Assembly (NCBI RefSeq): GCF_006345805.1
Contig: NC_043000.1
Coordinates: forward strand, 5,332,001-5,396,000
Length of the DNA stretch: 64,000 nt
Origin: Octopus sinensis
Taxonomy: Eukaryota
Direction of reading: 5' to 3'
Both the position numbers and the translations under genes were made by a program. Below are positions 27,472 through 39,864 of this stretch, one piece after another; the stretch's first letter is position 1, and every line of letters starts with the position of its first letter. The notes below the pieces were generated by a model. The model was not told the origin of the DNA. It was given only the letters and a program-made list of their open reading frames with translations, and searched no databases.

Positions 27472-27588
27472 CATCGTAGTTATATATATATATATTATAT
27501 ATATAATATATATATATATAAAATTATATATATTTATATATATTATATATATATATATATATATATTACATCGTAGTATATATATATA

Positions 27589-27619
<31 letters not shown>

Positions 27620-27900
27620 ATATACAAAGAAAGTTATGCTAGACTACTGGTTTTAAATTGATATTAAAATTAATATTAATTTATCTCCCTCATTATTTGA
27701 ATATTGAAATAAATACGTTCTCTAGTAGCAGGCACTAACCGCAGTGAATTATTTACTGCAGTTCTTCGCCTCAGGAATTCTTTAGCGGCCGGAACTAAGA
27801 CATTTGAAATTTTATACCTAATGTAATCGGTAAAACTGAACACGTGTCTGTTTTGGCACAGAAAGCTGGGGTAGTTTTTCAGATTGCATTACACTGAACG

Positions 27901-27975
27901 ATTGTACTGATGAGACCACGGACATTTATTATGTAAGTAATTCTTTTGTTAAAGGCCGAAACCGAGGTATGCAAT
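27901..27975 (+). ncRNA. Type I hammerhead ribozyme motif
   Basis: ATTGTA CTGATGA GACC..GGCC GAAAC CGAG GTA TGCAAT: 6-bp stem I, intact core, GUA site; stem II has one mismatch. Confidence 0.6.
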
Positions 27976-28344
27976 TAATTCTGTTTTTTATATAAATTTT
28001 CATCTGTCCTGCCCACCAAATTTGGTTCTGGTGTTCACTGAATTTTTCCTCTAGAGAACTTTCTTTGTAGTTTGATCGTTGATGATCTATTTCTAGCATA
28101 CGGCCGACTACCTAGTTATTTAAATTATATATATATATATAGCATACAGCCGACTACCCTCATTATTTAAATTATATATATATATATATATGTATATAAT
28201 ATAAAATAAATATAAGAGAGTGGTCACTATATGGCTCACTCTAGCACCAGTTAATCCAAAAGGTTTCAACCACTAGGCCACTTGGTGTTGAATGGATATA
28301 CATTAAATTAGTATCTAATTCTTCACCCTTATTAATTATTTATA

Positions 28345-28385
<41 letters not shown>

Positions 28386-28419
28386 GTATATATATAATAT
28401 GTATATATATATATATTTG

Positions 28420-28450
<31 letters not shown>

Positions 28451-28492
28451 GTATAGATATATATATATATATATATGTATGTATATAATACA

Positions 28493-28526
<34 letters not shown>

Positions 28527-28618
28527 CATATATAATATATATACATATATATATATATATATGGTTATATATATATATATATATGTGTGTGTATATATAT
28601 ATATATAATATATAGTGA

Positions 28619-28934
28619 GGGCGCGTGGCTTAGTGGTTAGGGCATTCGGCTCATGATCGTAAGGTTTGAGTTCGATTCCCGGCGACGGCGTTGTGTCCTT
28701 GAGCAAGACACTTTATTTCACGTTGCTCCAGTCCACTCAGCTGGCAAAATGAGTTGTACTTGTATTTCAAAGGGTCAGCCTTGTCACTCTCTGTGTCACG
28801 CTGATTATCCCCGAGAACTACGTTAAGGGTACACGTGTCTGGGGAATGCTCAGCCATTTGCACGTTAATTTCACGAGCAAGCTGTTCCGTTGATCGTATC
28901 AGCTGGGGACCCTCGTCGTCGTAACGGCGGAGTC
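28619..28934 (+). mobile_element. SINE family C, full length
   Basis: A-box TGGCTTAGTGG, B-box GAGTTCGATTCC, GTGTCCTTGAGCAAGACAC domain, tail CCCTCGTCGTCGTAAC. Confidence 0.85.
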
Positions 28935-29587
28935 TTATTATATATATATATATAATATATACATAATCAAATAGGGTAATAACATAAATATTATTACCAG
29001 TGGCCTAGCACAAAAGACGAATTAGTCATTAGACAATATATTATTCATAGAAATATAATAAAAGGCTTCCAAATAAGGAAGCGTAGTGCTAGAGACACAA
29101 AAAGGGATAAATTCATGGAAGGACTAAAAATCAAAAACATTTACCATTACAGCTATATCCCAGACTGATCAGTTTCTACCTATTTCTAGCAAACAGACAG
29201 AATATATTTGCTAAGGCAAGGTTCTTCAGTAGGGAGCCTTCTTAATCCTAGATACACAGACCGTTAGAGCACGTGTAGATCTAACGGTTTGTATATCTTA
29301 ACTTTCCAAACTTCCGTGTGTATATATATATATATATATAACACACACACATATATATATATGTATATATATATATATCAAGTAAGAAAATGTATATATA
29401 TATACATATACACACATATATATATATATACATATATACACACAAACACACACGTATATATATGATATATATATACATATATATACACACACACAACACA
29501 TATTATAACATATATATACATATATATATGTATATATATATATGTATATAAATATGTATATATATATATATAGATATATATATATAT

Positions 29588-29629
<42 letters not shown>

Positions 29630-30135
29630 TATATATATTGTATATATATATATATATATTGTTTGTTAATTTCGGAATGGTCATATTGCCAGTTTTAGCC
29701 ATAAAAACACACGCACTATATATTTGGTGTTATTTTGCTTCAGTGATATTATTTTACATTAATCTTAATCTTATTCGGCCAGAGTTCTTTCGTCACACTC
29801 CTGTGACCGCATCAGTAGTCCTTTGTTTTCTTCTTTCGTATTTGTTGTCTCTCCTTACTAACCGTCAGCCATTTTGTATTTCTATTGTATGTCTTCATTT
29901 GCGCATGCTTATATCTCTATGTGGTCTATGTTTAGTTAGTGTGTGTGTGGGGGGGGATGCCTGTAACATTTGTATCTTCTGTTTATAATACATTCATGTA
30001 ATTTGTATTTTGTTTTTGTTGTTGTTGCTTTTGTTCTCATTTTGTTCATGTGTTTACATCCACCCATTATTATCATTACTATGCTTGTATGTATGTATAA
30101 CAACAATATTAGTAATAATAATAATAAATCAAATC

Positions 30136-30184
<49 letters not shown>

Positions 30185-30199
30185 CACATATATATACAC

Positions 30200-30269
<70 letters not shown>

Positions 30270-30772
30270 ATACATACATATACATACAAGATATATATAC
30301 ATATATATAGTTATTCATTTCTATTTGTTTATTTATCTGTGTATTTATTTATTATGTTTTCGGGATCCTCTATCGTCATATGTTGTGGTGTGTGCTATTG
30401 CTCCCTTCTAGTTTTCTATTCAGGCTAGGTTTATTTTCTATTATATGTGTAGCTTCTGTAATTTGTCTAATTGTTGCATCTGTTCTATGTGGACAATATC
30501 TTAATCTCTATGTTATTGATTGATCCCCCGTGTTCCTGTTCGGCGTGTTGGTACAGAATCGATGAGCTTTTACTTCCTTGAGTTGTCTCCAATGTTCATT
30601 CACCCGCTCCCTATGACCATTCCGAAATATAACAATATCTGTTTCAACATACGACTTCACATATTTAAACGTATATATATATATATGTATGTATATTATA
30701 TATATATGTATATGTATATATATTATATATATATATATATATATTATATATATTATATATATATATATATTA

Positions 30773-30990
30773 TAAAGGGAAGCTTTATGAAAATAGACAA
30801 AAGACGAAGGCAGGTGGGAAACAAACAAACAATTGTATTAGTATATGGCGCTCAGGAAATATAAATAAAACAAGTCTTTAACGTTTCGAGCCTACGCTCT
30901 TCAACAGAAAGATACAGAGAGAGAGAAAAAAAAAACAGAAAGAAGGAGAGAAAAAAAATGCGTGCAGTAACTAACGAATCAACACATATA
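30773..30990 (-). mobile_element. Repeat P1 with hammerhead-like motif at 30875-30912
   Basis: Close reverse copy of 7553-7760. Confidence 0.7.
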
Positions 30991-31608
30991 TATATATATA
31001 TCAAGTAAGAAAATGGAGGAGAAAAATAGGTGGTTCATCAACTTTTTGGCATTAAATTATGTTAACATGTTTTTTATAATAATTACTGGTATCCTTATGT
31101 ATTACTATATTTTATATCTTATATGTAAAGTATAATATGTTATATGTCTGTATGTTATTGTAATTATCAATTTAGTAAATAAATAAATAAGTTAACATAA
31201 TTTAATGTCCAAAAGTTGATGAACCACCTATTGTTCTCCTCCATTTTCTTATTGCTCTTTAAATTAATGGTAAAATATCTCTTTACCTTCACCCATTTAG
31301 TACACTTGATAATGTAATTGCAATGCTATAAAAACACCTGTGTACTAATAATTGGGTATTCTACCAGCAGTATATTGGATAGATATTATCCCTTAGTCGG
31401 TTGTATTCACAACCTCTAACTTTCTTGGAGTATATTTATATATATATATTATATATATATATATATATATTACTTAAGCGCATTGTATTACTTAACCATC
31501 CGGTTTTAATACCCAGTACGAAACAGACTGTTAATACTGTATACTTTAATTAATATACCCTATCGGCAAATTTACGGGTGCATATTTTTTCTAACTTATG
31601 GATATCTT

Positions 31609-32813
31609 GACCATGTCCTTGCCCCCCCCCAATGGCTTCCCTCCCCTTTCACATCCATGACACCACCCATGCTCTTCGTTTATTCGACTCTTTCTCCTTC
31701 CCTCCTGGTCCCTCTTCACTGTTGACATCAAGAGTCTATATACAGTGATCCCTCACCATGAGGGGCTGTGTGCACTCCAACATTTCCTTCACCTTCGACC
31801 CAACCTCCAACCTGACATATCCACACTCCTTCGTCTGGCCGAACTTGTCCTCTCACTTAACTGCTTCTCGTTCGCAGGTGATTTTTACCAGCAGCCTCGG
31901 GAGTGGCCATGGGAACGAGAATGGGCCCCAACTATGCGAACCTGTTCGTTGGCTTCGTTGAGGCACAAATATTCTCAACTTTCACTGGTTCCACTCCTGA
32001 ACTATACGATCACTCACTAACATCTAGACCCTCCTCACTTTTGTCAAATCTTTCCATCCTGCCCTCCACTTCTCCTGCACTATTTTCAATACCTCAGTCG
32101 CCTTTCTCGACAGATCGGTCAGCATTCAACACTCCACTCTCACCACCTCCATCACTCCACCCTCACCACCTCCATCCACTACAAACACACAGACTCCTTT
32201 TCAATTTCGTCTCCTCCTCCCACCCTAAACACACCAAGCTCTCAATCCCCTATTCCCAATTCCTCCGTCTACGCAGGCTCTGCAGTGACAGCCATGACTT
32301 AGAGACTCAGTCGCTACACATGGCCCACCACTTCATCCTACGTGGATATCCCCTCACCACTATCCACGCCGCCCTTTCCAGAACACGTTCCGTGGACCAT
32401 GTATCTGCTCTCTCCCCCGCACCCGCCCCGCCGTCATCCGTCTCCCGTTTCCCTTCACCTACCACCCCAACACCCTACCTCTCCAAGCCTTCCAGCAACT
32501 CCAGTCGACCCCTCCACTTCGCACATCTTCCCTAACCGACCCCTCCCCTCCTTCAAACGAGCCCACAACATACGAGACCTCTTAGTCCACAGCTTCCTTC
32601 CTACCCCAACCTACTAACCTGGTTCGTTCCCCCTGATCACGCCCACGCTGCTGCACTTGCCCTTACCTCTCTAATACCACCTTCCTCGCAGGCACCCATC
32701 ATCGACCCTATCATATCACTGACTCCTTCACTTGCACTTCTAGCAACGTCATCTACTGCATCTCCTGCTCTCTCTGTCCTTCTCTATACATCGGTCAAAC
32801 GGGACACCGCATT
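31609..32813 (+). mobile_element. Penelope-like element body: decayed RT plus GIY-YIG endonuclease
   Basis: TVDIKSLYTVIPHHEGL, AMGTRMGPNYANLF, SIPYSQFLRLRRLCS, FKRAHNIRDLLV, CTSSNVIYCISC..C..LYIGQTG; the RYIDD catalytic motif is deleted near 32005; several frameshifts. Confidence 0.9.
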
Positions 32814-33274
32814 GCACCTACTTCCTCTCTTCACTCCTACCCACCTTCACCCTTCCACCCTCTCCCTTCATCGTCACCCCTCCCTCATACCACACCTCTA
32901 CGCATTCCAACCCCATCATCCCTATACATCCTACCCCACCCCATCCCATCCCTTAGACCCCACCCTTGCTTCCTCCACTCTCGCCTCCACCACCCAAACA
33001 CCACCACACCACATCACACACCACTACACGACACCAACACACCGCACTCCAGTACACCACACCACCATACCACATCGCACCACACCGCACACACTAGCAC
33101 TGACCACTTCCGAGCACCTACACCATCATCCACACACCTACACATGCACGCAGGCACACGTCAATGTCACCAGCCCCTTCCACATGCACATACACGATCG
33201 CGCACCTTCGTTTTGGGATCACCACTACTATATTATCTCCCCTTCTTCCTAGCTTTCCTGTGTGACCCTTCTGT

Positions 33275-33452
33275 CCGGCATTTGCCATGATAGATCGCTA
33301 GCCACTAAACCTTTTTCTATTTTCTCTCCCTGCTTATTTATGTGTTCCTTTCTGTCGAAGAGCGTAGGCTCAAGACTTTCTCACTTCCCGTGCGTTAAAC
33401 TAATATTGTTTACACAGCCGTCTTCGTCTTTTGTTTTTGTATATTCTCGCTA
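33275..33452 (+). mobile_element. Repeat P1 downstream of the PLE body (hammerhead motif partly deleted)
   Basis: ATGATAGATCGCTAGCCAC...CTGTCGAAGAGCGTAGGCTC. Confidence 0.65.
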
Positions 33453-33569
33453 TGTGTGTGTGTGTGTATTCATAACTTGTGGTTTATTGCTACTATAGGT
33501 CGGAATAACAAAAGGATACTAAGATAAACAATGTTTTAGCATCACGGTAAATACAGTAAAAAGGGTAAT

Positions 33570-33885
33570 GGCTACCTTCGGTCATGAATGACCATCGGAT
33601 TGCACCTATAAAGTTCCCCTCCGAGGCACTAGTCCGGACAATGTTATTTAAGGAAGACCAGCAGTGGCCTATGCATACCAGCCCCTCCTCTCCATGCCGC
33701 CGATGTCATCCAAGGGAAAGGCAAAGGCGGTATAATTTGGCACCAGTGATGTCGCAACTCTTTTCTACAGCTGAGAGAATTGGAGCAATGTGAAATAAAG
33801 TGTCTTGCGAAGATCGCAACACAGCCTAGTCCGGGAGCCGAACTCACTACCTCATGATTGTGTGCCTGACGCTCTAACGAATGAG
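33570..33885 (-). mobile_element. SINE with family C head and a different 3' half
   Basis: The GGAGCAATGTGAAATAAAGTGTCTTG...GAACTCAC segment is the reverse of the family C head; the tail is unrelated to 28760-28934. Confidence 0.75.
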
Positions 33886-34878
33886 CAGATTGTTTTACTA
33901 CATATGGTTACAATTGTTTCACTGCTATTGGAACTCAAGAGTTTGATTATATATTATTATATAATATATGTAGCTGCAGACTAAAGGTGAACCACTATAT
34001 TGATACACTTGAATGTCAGCTCATCAGAATCCTTTTGTACGATACATTTGCTACAGAGAATTATATTATCAATACTTTATTCCTTTGGATAGTAGGAGTG
34101 TTTATATGAACACACTCACATATTACAACTAAAACAAAGACAGGAAAAATATAAATAATGCCTAAAGAATAAACCACAGTTTAAATCCCCCGATCAATAT
34201 ATATGACGAGGAAGAGAGGAAAGATTAAGCATAAAGCAATAGCATAAGTCAGTAAATGATATTGTTTTCTGTCTCCATAAAATATATAGATCATATGATC
34301 AGGTAATAGTATATGTGTTTTTTTAATTCTTCTTTAATTAGACAGGCATTTTCAGACAGTTTTCGTAGACTCTTTAAGATAAAAAAGCAGCCCTTAGCTA
34401 TGTCAACTCAGAGCTCATTTGTCAGCCACTACTAAATCCAATGGCCACTTTCGTATATGCACATTGGCGCCTAAATGCAGACTGATGCGGGAAACAAGTA
34501 AGAGATATTACTTCGCAATCCAACAATAACAGGAAGAAGGTTGTTAAAATGAATTTCTATGCAAAGAAACTTGAATTATAATTCCCGTGTTACATGTATA
34601 AACCATTATAATAATAGTTTGAAAATTCAGAATTATGAAAATTCGAAATGAGAAGGAACAGTCCCCTTGCTAATAATTGTATTAATTCCACGGATATTAA
34701 GACTTTCCGGAAATATGGTCTATAAAAATTCAATATATGATTTATAGTTATATCCGATAAAATGTACAAGTTGAGCTTAAAAGAGCAAACTCCAGGGTTC
34801 ACACCCGAATGAAGTTTTTAAATAAATAAATGAATGAACATACATACATACATACATACATACATACATACATACATT

Positions 34879-35158
34879 GGAAGCACTCCGTCGGTTACGA
34901 CAATGAGGGTTCCGGTTGACCCGAATCAACGGAACAGCCTGCTCGTGAAATTAACGTGTAAGTGGCTGAGCGCTCCACAGACACGTGTACCCTTAACGTA
35001 GTTCTCGGGGATATTCATCGTGACAGAGAGTGACAAGGCCGGCCCCTTGAAATACAGGTACAACAGAAACAGGAAGTAAGAGTGAGAGAAAGTTATGGTG
35101 AAAGAGTACAGCAGGGATCACCACCATCCCTGCCGGAGCCTCGTGGAGCTTTTAGGTG
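34879..35158 (-). mobile_element. Element with family C tail and an unrelated upstream part
   Basis: 34879-35065 is the reverse of the family C 3' half; 35065-35158 does not match the family C head. Confidence 0.7.
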
Positions 35159-35173
35159 TATATATATATATAC

Positions 35174-35320
35174 ACTGACCCGAATACCTGGGAGACAATC
35201 GCGCTAAGGACCGCCGAGAGTGGCGGCATGTCATCATCGAGGGAAGAGATCTGATGGAAAATCAAAGACGTCACGAAGCAAAGATCAAACGCCAAAGACG
35301 CAAAGAGCGGCTCGCATTTC
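35174..35320 (+). mobile_element. RTE-clade LINE C-terminal fragment
   Basis: DPNTWETIA-(frameshift)-DRREWRHVIIEGRDLMENQRRHEAKIKRQRRKER. Confidence 0.7.
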
Positions 35321-35744
35321 CTCGTCTCGTTCCAACCCCCCCCCCCCCGCAAAAAATGCACTCCGCTGTTCTATACCGCCCTTCGCTTAAACAGTCACCT
35401 AAGGCTCCACCACCCTTCACCACCCATCAAGATGAAATGACCCAGTCACTGGCTACAGATCTGCTAATCGGTTATGAGTTAACGCCGACGATGCCATACG
35501 TACTTTCATACATACAAACACAGGCACGCACACGTACAAGCACCCACATACGCTCACATACGCACGCACACACACACACATACATACAAACACGTGCACG
35601 CAGGAACTCACAGACATAGACACACACACATATATACATACATACATGCATGTATACACACATACAGGCGTACATGTCTAGATATGTAACTATATGCACA
35701 AGAATACATACATAAAACATACAAATCTGCACACATATATATAT

Positions 35745-36450
35745 AAACTTAGATAAACTTAGATATGTTTCGACCAAAGATTGGTCCAGGCCATGTCTAA
35801 CTTAATAGCACCACCTGATAGGATTATTCGAATCCTGTTTAAGTCAAGTTTTGTTCAAGTAGTGAGTTCTTGTTGGGTGAGTTGTATCCAATTATGGGTG
35901 GCTTATCTGGTATTCTTTGAAGGAATCTATCCAGACTCCGTTTAAAGTTGATGGGATCCTTTTCCTCTTTGATCTCCCTCGGGACAATGTTAAATAGGGC
36001 TGGGCCTGTTGAGGAAAAGAAATTATGTTGCAGTGTACATGTATGTTGTGATCTTGAATTGGGCAGGGAACGTATGGCCCGTGGTCCCAGTCTTGGATGA
36101 ACCTTGAAGCTTATGTTCAGGTCGTTTGGGCAAAGTTGGCGGTATATTCTCCACATCGTACAAATGATGTACCGCTTACGGCGACGCTGGAGGGAATAAA
36201 GTTTCAAGGCTTTAAGGCGATCCCAATAATCGAGAGCAGCCATGCCTTCAATTCGTTTAGTGAGTGCCCTCTGGGGTGACTCAATTCTGGAGATGTTTTG
36301 TCTTCGATGAGGAGACCACAGTGGGCAGCAGTATTCGAGGTGTGGCCGTACAAGGGAGGGAAAAAAATACAGCGATGCCCTATTGTCTCACTCCACAAAG
36401 TGAACGTAAGTCTTGGGAAGATTCACCTTCCAATAATGCTGTTGTATAGA
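35745..36450 (-). mobile_element. 5'-truncated CR1-group LINE, second family
   Basis: [13 protein letters not shown]...[36 protein letters not shown]; 3' UTR with CATGGCC-hairpin-GAAAC and an (ATCTAAGTTT)2 tail. Confidence 0.9.
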
Positions 36451-36470
36451 CACAAGACCAACGAAGAGAG

Positions 36471-36541
<71 letters not shown>

Positions 36542-36847
36542 CATACATACATACATACATAGATACATACATACATACATACATACATACATACAAACAA
36601 AGAAACAAAGAAACAAAAATGGATAAGGGTCAAAAGCCCGTCAATACACAACGCCATACTAGATTATTGTCTTTAAATAAATGATGAGAGATAAAGATGA
36701 AAACAGAAAGAAAGAAGAATAGGGGCGAGGTGGGAGACTATCAGTGCAGAAAAGCGGAGAGAAAACTACTAACGTCAACCGCTAGATCACAGACCATCAG
36801 AACAGGCCAATTCACATGTATAGATAGATAGATAGATAGATAGATAT

Positions 36848-36884
<37 letters not shown>

Positions 36885-36916
36885 TAAGTATTATATATAT
36901 ATATATATATATATAT

Positions 36917-37004
<88 letters not shown>

Positions 37005-37083
37005 TATATATATGTGCATGTGTGTGTATGTGTGTGTGTGTATGTATATATACATATATATACATACATATATTTGTTGATTC

Positions 37084-37275
37084 GCCATGATAGATCGCTA
37101 GCCACTACACATTCTTTATTTTCTCTCCTTGTTTCTTTCTGTGTTCCTTTCTGTGGAAGAGCGTAGGCTCGAAACATTAAAGACGTTTTCACTTCTCGAG
37201 CGTTATACTAATACATCTGTTTGTTGTCTACACCACATGTCTTCGTCTTTTGTTTTTTTTTGTGAATTCTCCTAT
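37084..37275 (+). mobile_element. Repeat P1 with hammerhead-like motif at 37146-37183
   Basis: CCTTT CTGTGGA A GAGCGTAGGCTC GAAAC. Confidence 0.7.
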
Positions 37276-37292
37276 ATATATATATATATACA

Positions 37293-37690
37293 TATATATA
37301 TAAAATATTATTTGAGACAAAACCACTATTTTGCAAAACAAACAAGGAAAGACTTAATCAATACATAAAATTTAATAATAGTCAAAAAAACCGCCACTAC
37401 AATCGTTTCTTGTCTTGATCGACAATCTTCAGGTGGACTTCCAATAATCAGTACAAATTATATTATTGGAAGTCCACCTGAAGATTGTCGATCAAGACAG
37501 AAACGATTGTAGTGGCGGTTTTTTTGACTATTTATTAAATTTATGTATTGATTAAGTCTTTCCTTGTTTGTTTGCAAAATAGTGGTTTTGTCTCAATATA
37601 TTTTATATATTTTACTATAAAATTGGATTTAATCCTAATCTGATTTTTTTTCCCTGTAAATTTGGATATATCCCTAATATTTATTATTAT
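37293..37690. repeat. Long palindrome (37293-37610) of repeat P4 with a hammerhead motif in each arm
   Basis: Arms of ~155 bp, loop 37449-37461; motifs at 37394-37436 (-) and 37474-37515 (+). Confidence 0.85.
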
Positions 37691-37704
37691 TATATATATA
37701 TATC

Positions 37705-37739
<35 letters not shown>

Positions 37740-38105
37740 ACATATATATATATATATATATGTATACATCATATATATATGTACGTATACATACATATAT
37801 ATAGATATAGATATATAAATATATGTGTGTGTTCGTGTGTCTGTGTTTGTGTGCGTGTGCACGTGTGAACACACATTCCAAATTTTGACAGTTTTAAGTT
37901 TTAAATTCACCTGAAGAAAAGGTTTTTTTTTTTCACGATTTAATCAGTTTATTCATAAATAGAAGAATGCAGCTAAAACAGTTGTAGTGGACCCTAACCC
38001 ATTTGTGTTTACATACATACAGTCTACCTCCGCTCTTATGACCCCGATTTTCCGCCAACCCACTTACCGCCTTTAAAGTATTGATATATACACACACACA
38101 CACAC

Positions 38106-38158
<53 letters not shown>

Positions 38159-38164
38159 GAATTT

Positions 38165-38262
38165 ACAAAAAACAAAAAACAGGTGTATTAGTTTAACGCT
38201 CGGGAGGGTGGGAAAGTCTTTTACGTTTCGAGCCTACGCTCTTCAACAGAAAGGAACACGAA
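38165..38262 (-). mobile_element. Repeat P1, partial, with hammerhead-like motif at 38217-38253
   Basis: TCTTTTACGTTTCGAGCCTACGCTCTTCAACAGAAAGG. Confidence 0.65.
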
Positions 38263-38435
38263 ATCCCCTTCCAAATCTTGAAAATTTGCCTTGCAATGAA
38301 AGCTGGTTTGATTTCTTTTTTAATTTTTCATACACCCATTCTGCCTTATTATTTTTTCCTCTCCTATCATTTCTCCACGTGCGGTTAACACAACCCCGCA
38401 AAGAACTTTAATGCCAAACAGTTGTTATATACTCA

Positions 38436-38926
38436 TCTCTCTATATATAAACGGCAGTTTGTCTGTGTGTCTGACCACGGCTTTCAACCGATTCTGATGA
38501 AACTTGACACACACATAGCCCAATGTCATAATTCAAAACTAACGCAGCGAAAATTTTGAAAAGTTTCCCCAGTTCTGAAGAAAATCGATAAATTCGACAT
38601 GGGGTCGAGAATCTAAGCTTTTTATTTGCAACACATTTTCTGTTGTAGTTTTCGCAACTTGCAATCGATTTTAACCAAACTCATGGTGAAGCTTAATGCT
38701 ACCCTAAGAAACTTAATTCTGACGTTAGTTTTCCATGCAATACCTTACCATCAGAAAAAATCGATAAAATCATGCCATTTTGGGAAATCGCGTTCAAATT
38801 CAAGATGACATATTTTTGACAATATCTTTAACAAATTGGCAGGAATTTTTTTTAAAATTCACAGCGAGCATCATGTTTGCTCCAGGGGCTCTTACATACC
38901 CGGGCAATTCCGGGCTATGCTGCAAG
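38436..38926 (+). mobile_element. Non-autonomous Helitron
   Basis: A|TCTCTCTATATATAAA start; CCCGGGCAATTCCGGG hairpin; degenerate CTGCAAG|T end. Confidence 0.75.
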
Positions 38927-39474
38927 TATATATATATATAACAACTGTTTTACATTAAAGTTCTTTGCATGCAAGAACGTTACTCAAATTTAACAGAAAA
39001 AATCGTTAAAGCCTTCCAATTTGATGTTGTTTTCCAACAAGAAGTGCGTAGTATTTGAAGTGTGAATCCTAACAGGATTATACAATTAAACACTGGGAGA
39101 TATATCTAACGACGTCCTTTAATTATATTCTTACTTCAAAGCCAAACCCAGAGCTGTTTAATCCTGTCTTTCATTACTCCAGTTAACGATAACGCTGAGT
39201 ACCAGCTACATATATGCCAATTTTACTATATCTCCTCTGCACAACTAGTTGTGGTCTTTGTGGTAAAGTTAGAAACCAATATTTCGCGCAGCAAGGCAAA
39301 CAGTGAATTAATGACAATGGTAAGGCACCAGTTACATTATCTTCTTGCTTTAGTCTTTTCATTTTATTTTAGTTAATTTACTTTTCTATGTTTGTTTTTG
39401 TATTTTTCGGTTTCGAAATTAAATTCCTGTCGAGGTTACGGTTACATTGATTCTTAAGTTGCTGCTGTCGTTCT

Positions 39475-39864
39475 TATTTCTTTACTGCCCACAAGGGGCT
39501 ACACACAGAGGGGACTAACAAGGACAGACATCGACCCCAGCGCGTAACTGGTACTTATTTAATCGACCCCGAAAGGATGAAAGACAAAGTCGGCCTCGGC
39601 GGAATTTGAACTCAGAACGTAGCGCAGACGAAATACCTATTTCTTTACTACCCACAAGGGGCTAAACACAAAGGGGACAAACAAGGACAGACAAACGGAT
39701 TAAGTCGATTACATCGACCGAGTGTGTAACTGGTACTTAAATTATCGACCCCGAAAGGATGCAAGGCAAAGTCGACTTCGGCGGAATTTGAACTTAGAAC
39801 GTAACGGCAGACGAAATACGGCAACACATTTCGCCCGGCGTGCTAACAATTCTGCCATCTCGCC
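39475..39864 (-). mobile_element. Tandem (dimeric) SINE family A
   Basis: One full monomer with long tail joined to a second monomer at GACGAAATAC|CTATTTC (~39627-39640). Confidence 0.85.

Noticed and set aside
28619-28685. tRNA gene
   Set aside because: A and B boxes are present but the cloverleaf is incomplete, and it continues into a SINE body.
34580-34830. Decayed PLE GIY-YIG upstream Cys motif
   Set aside because: Only faint similarity (PLANNC..VYK) across broken frames.
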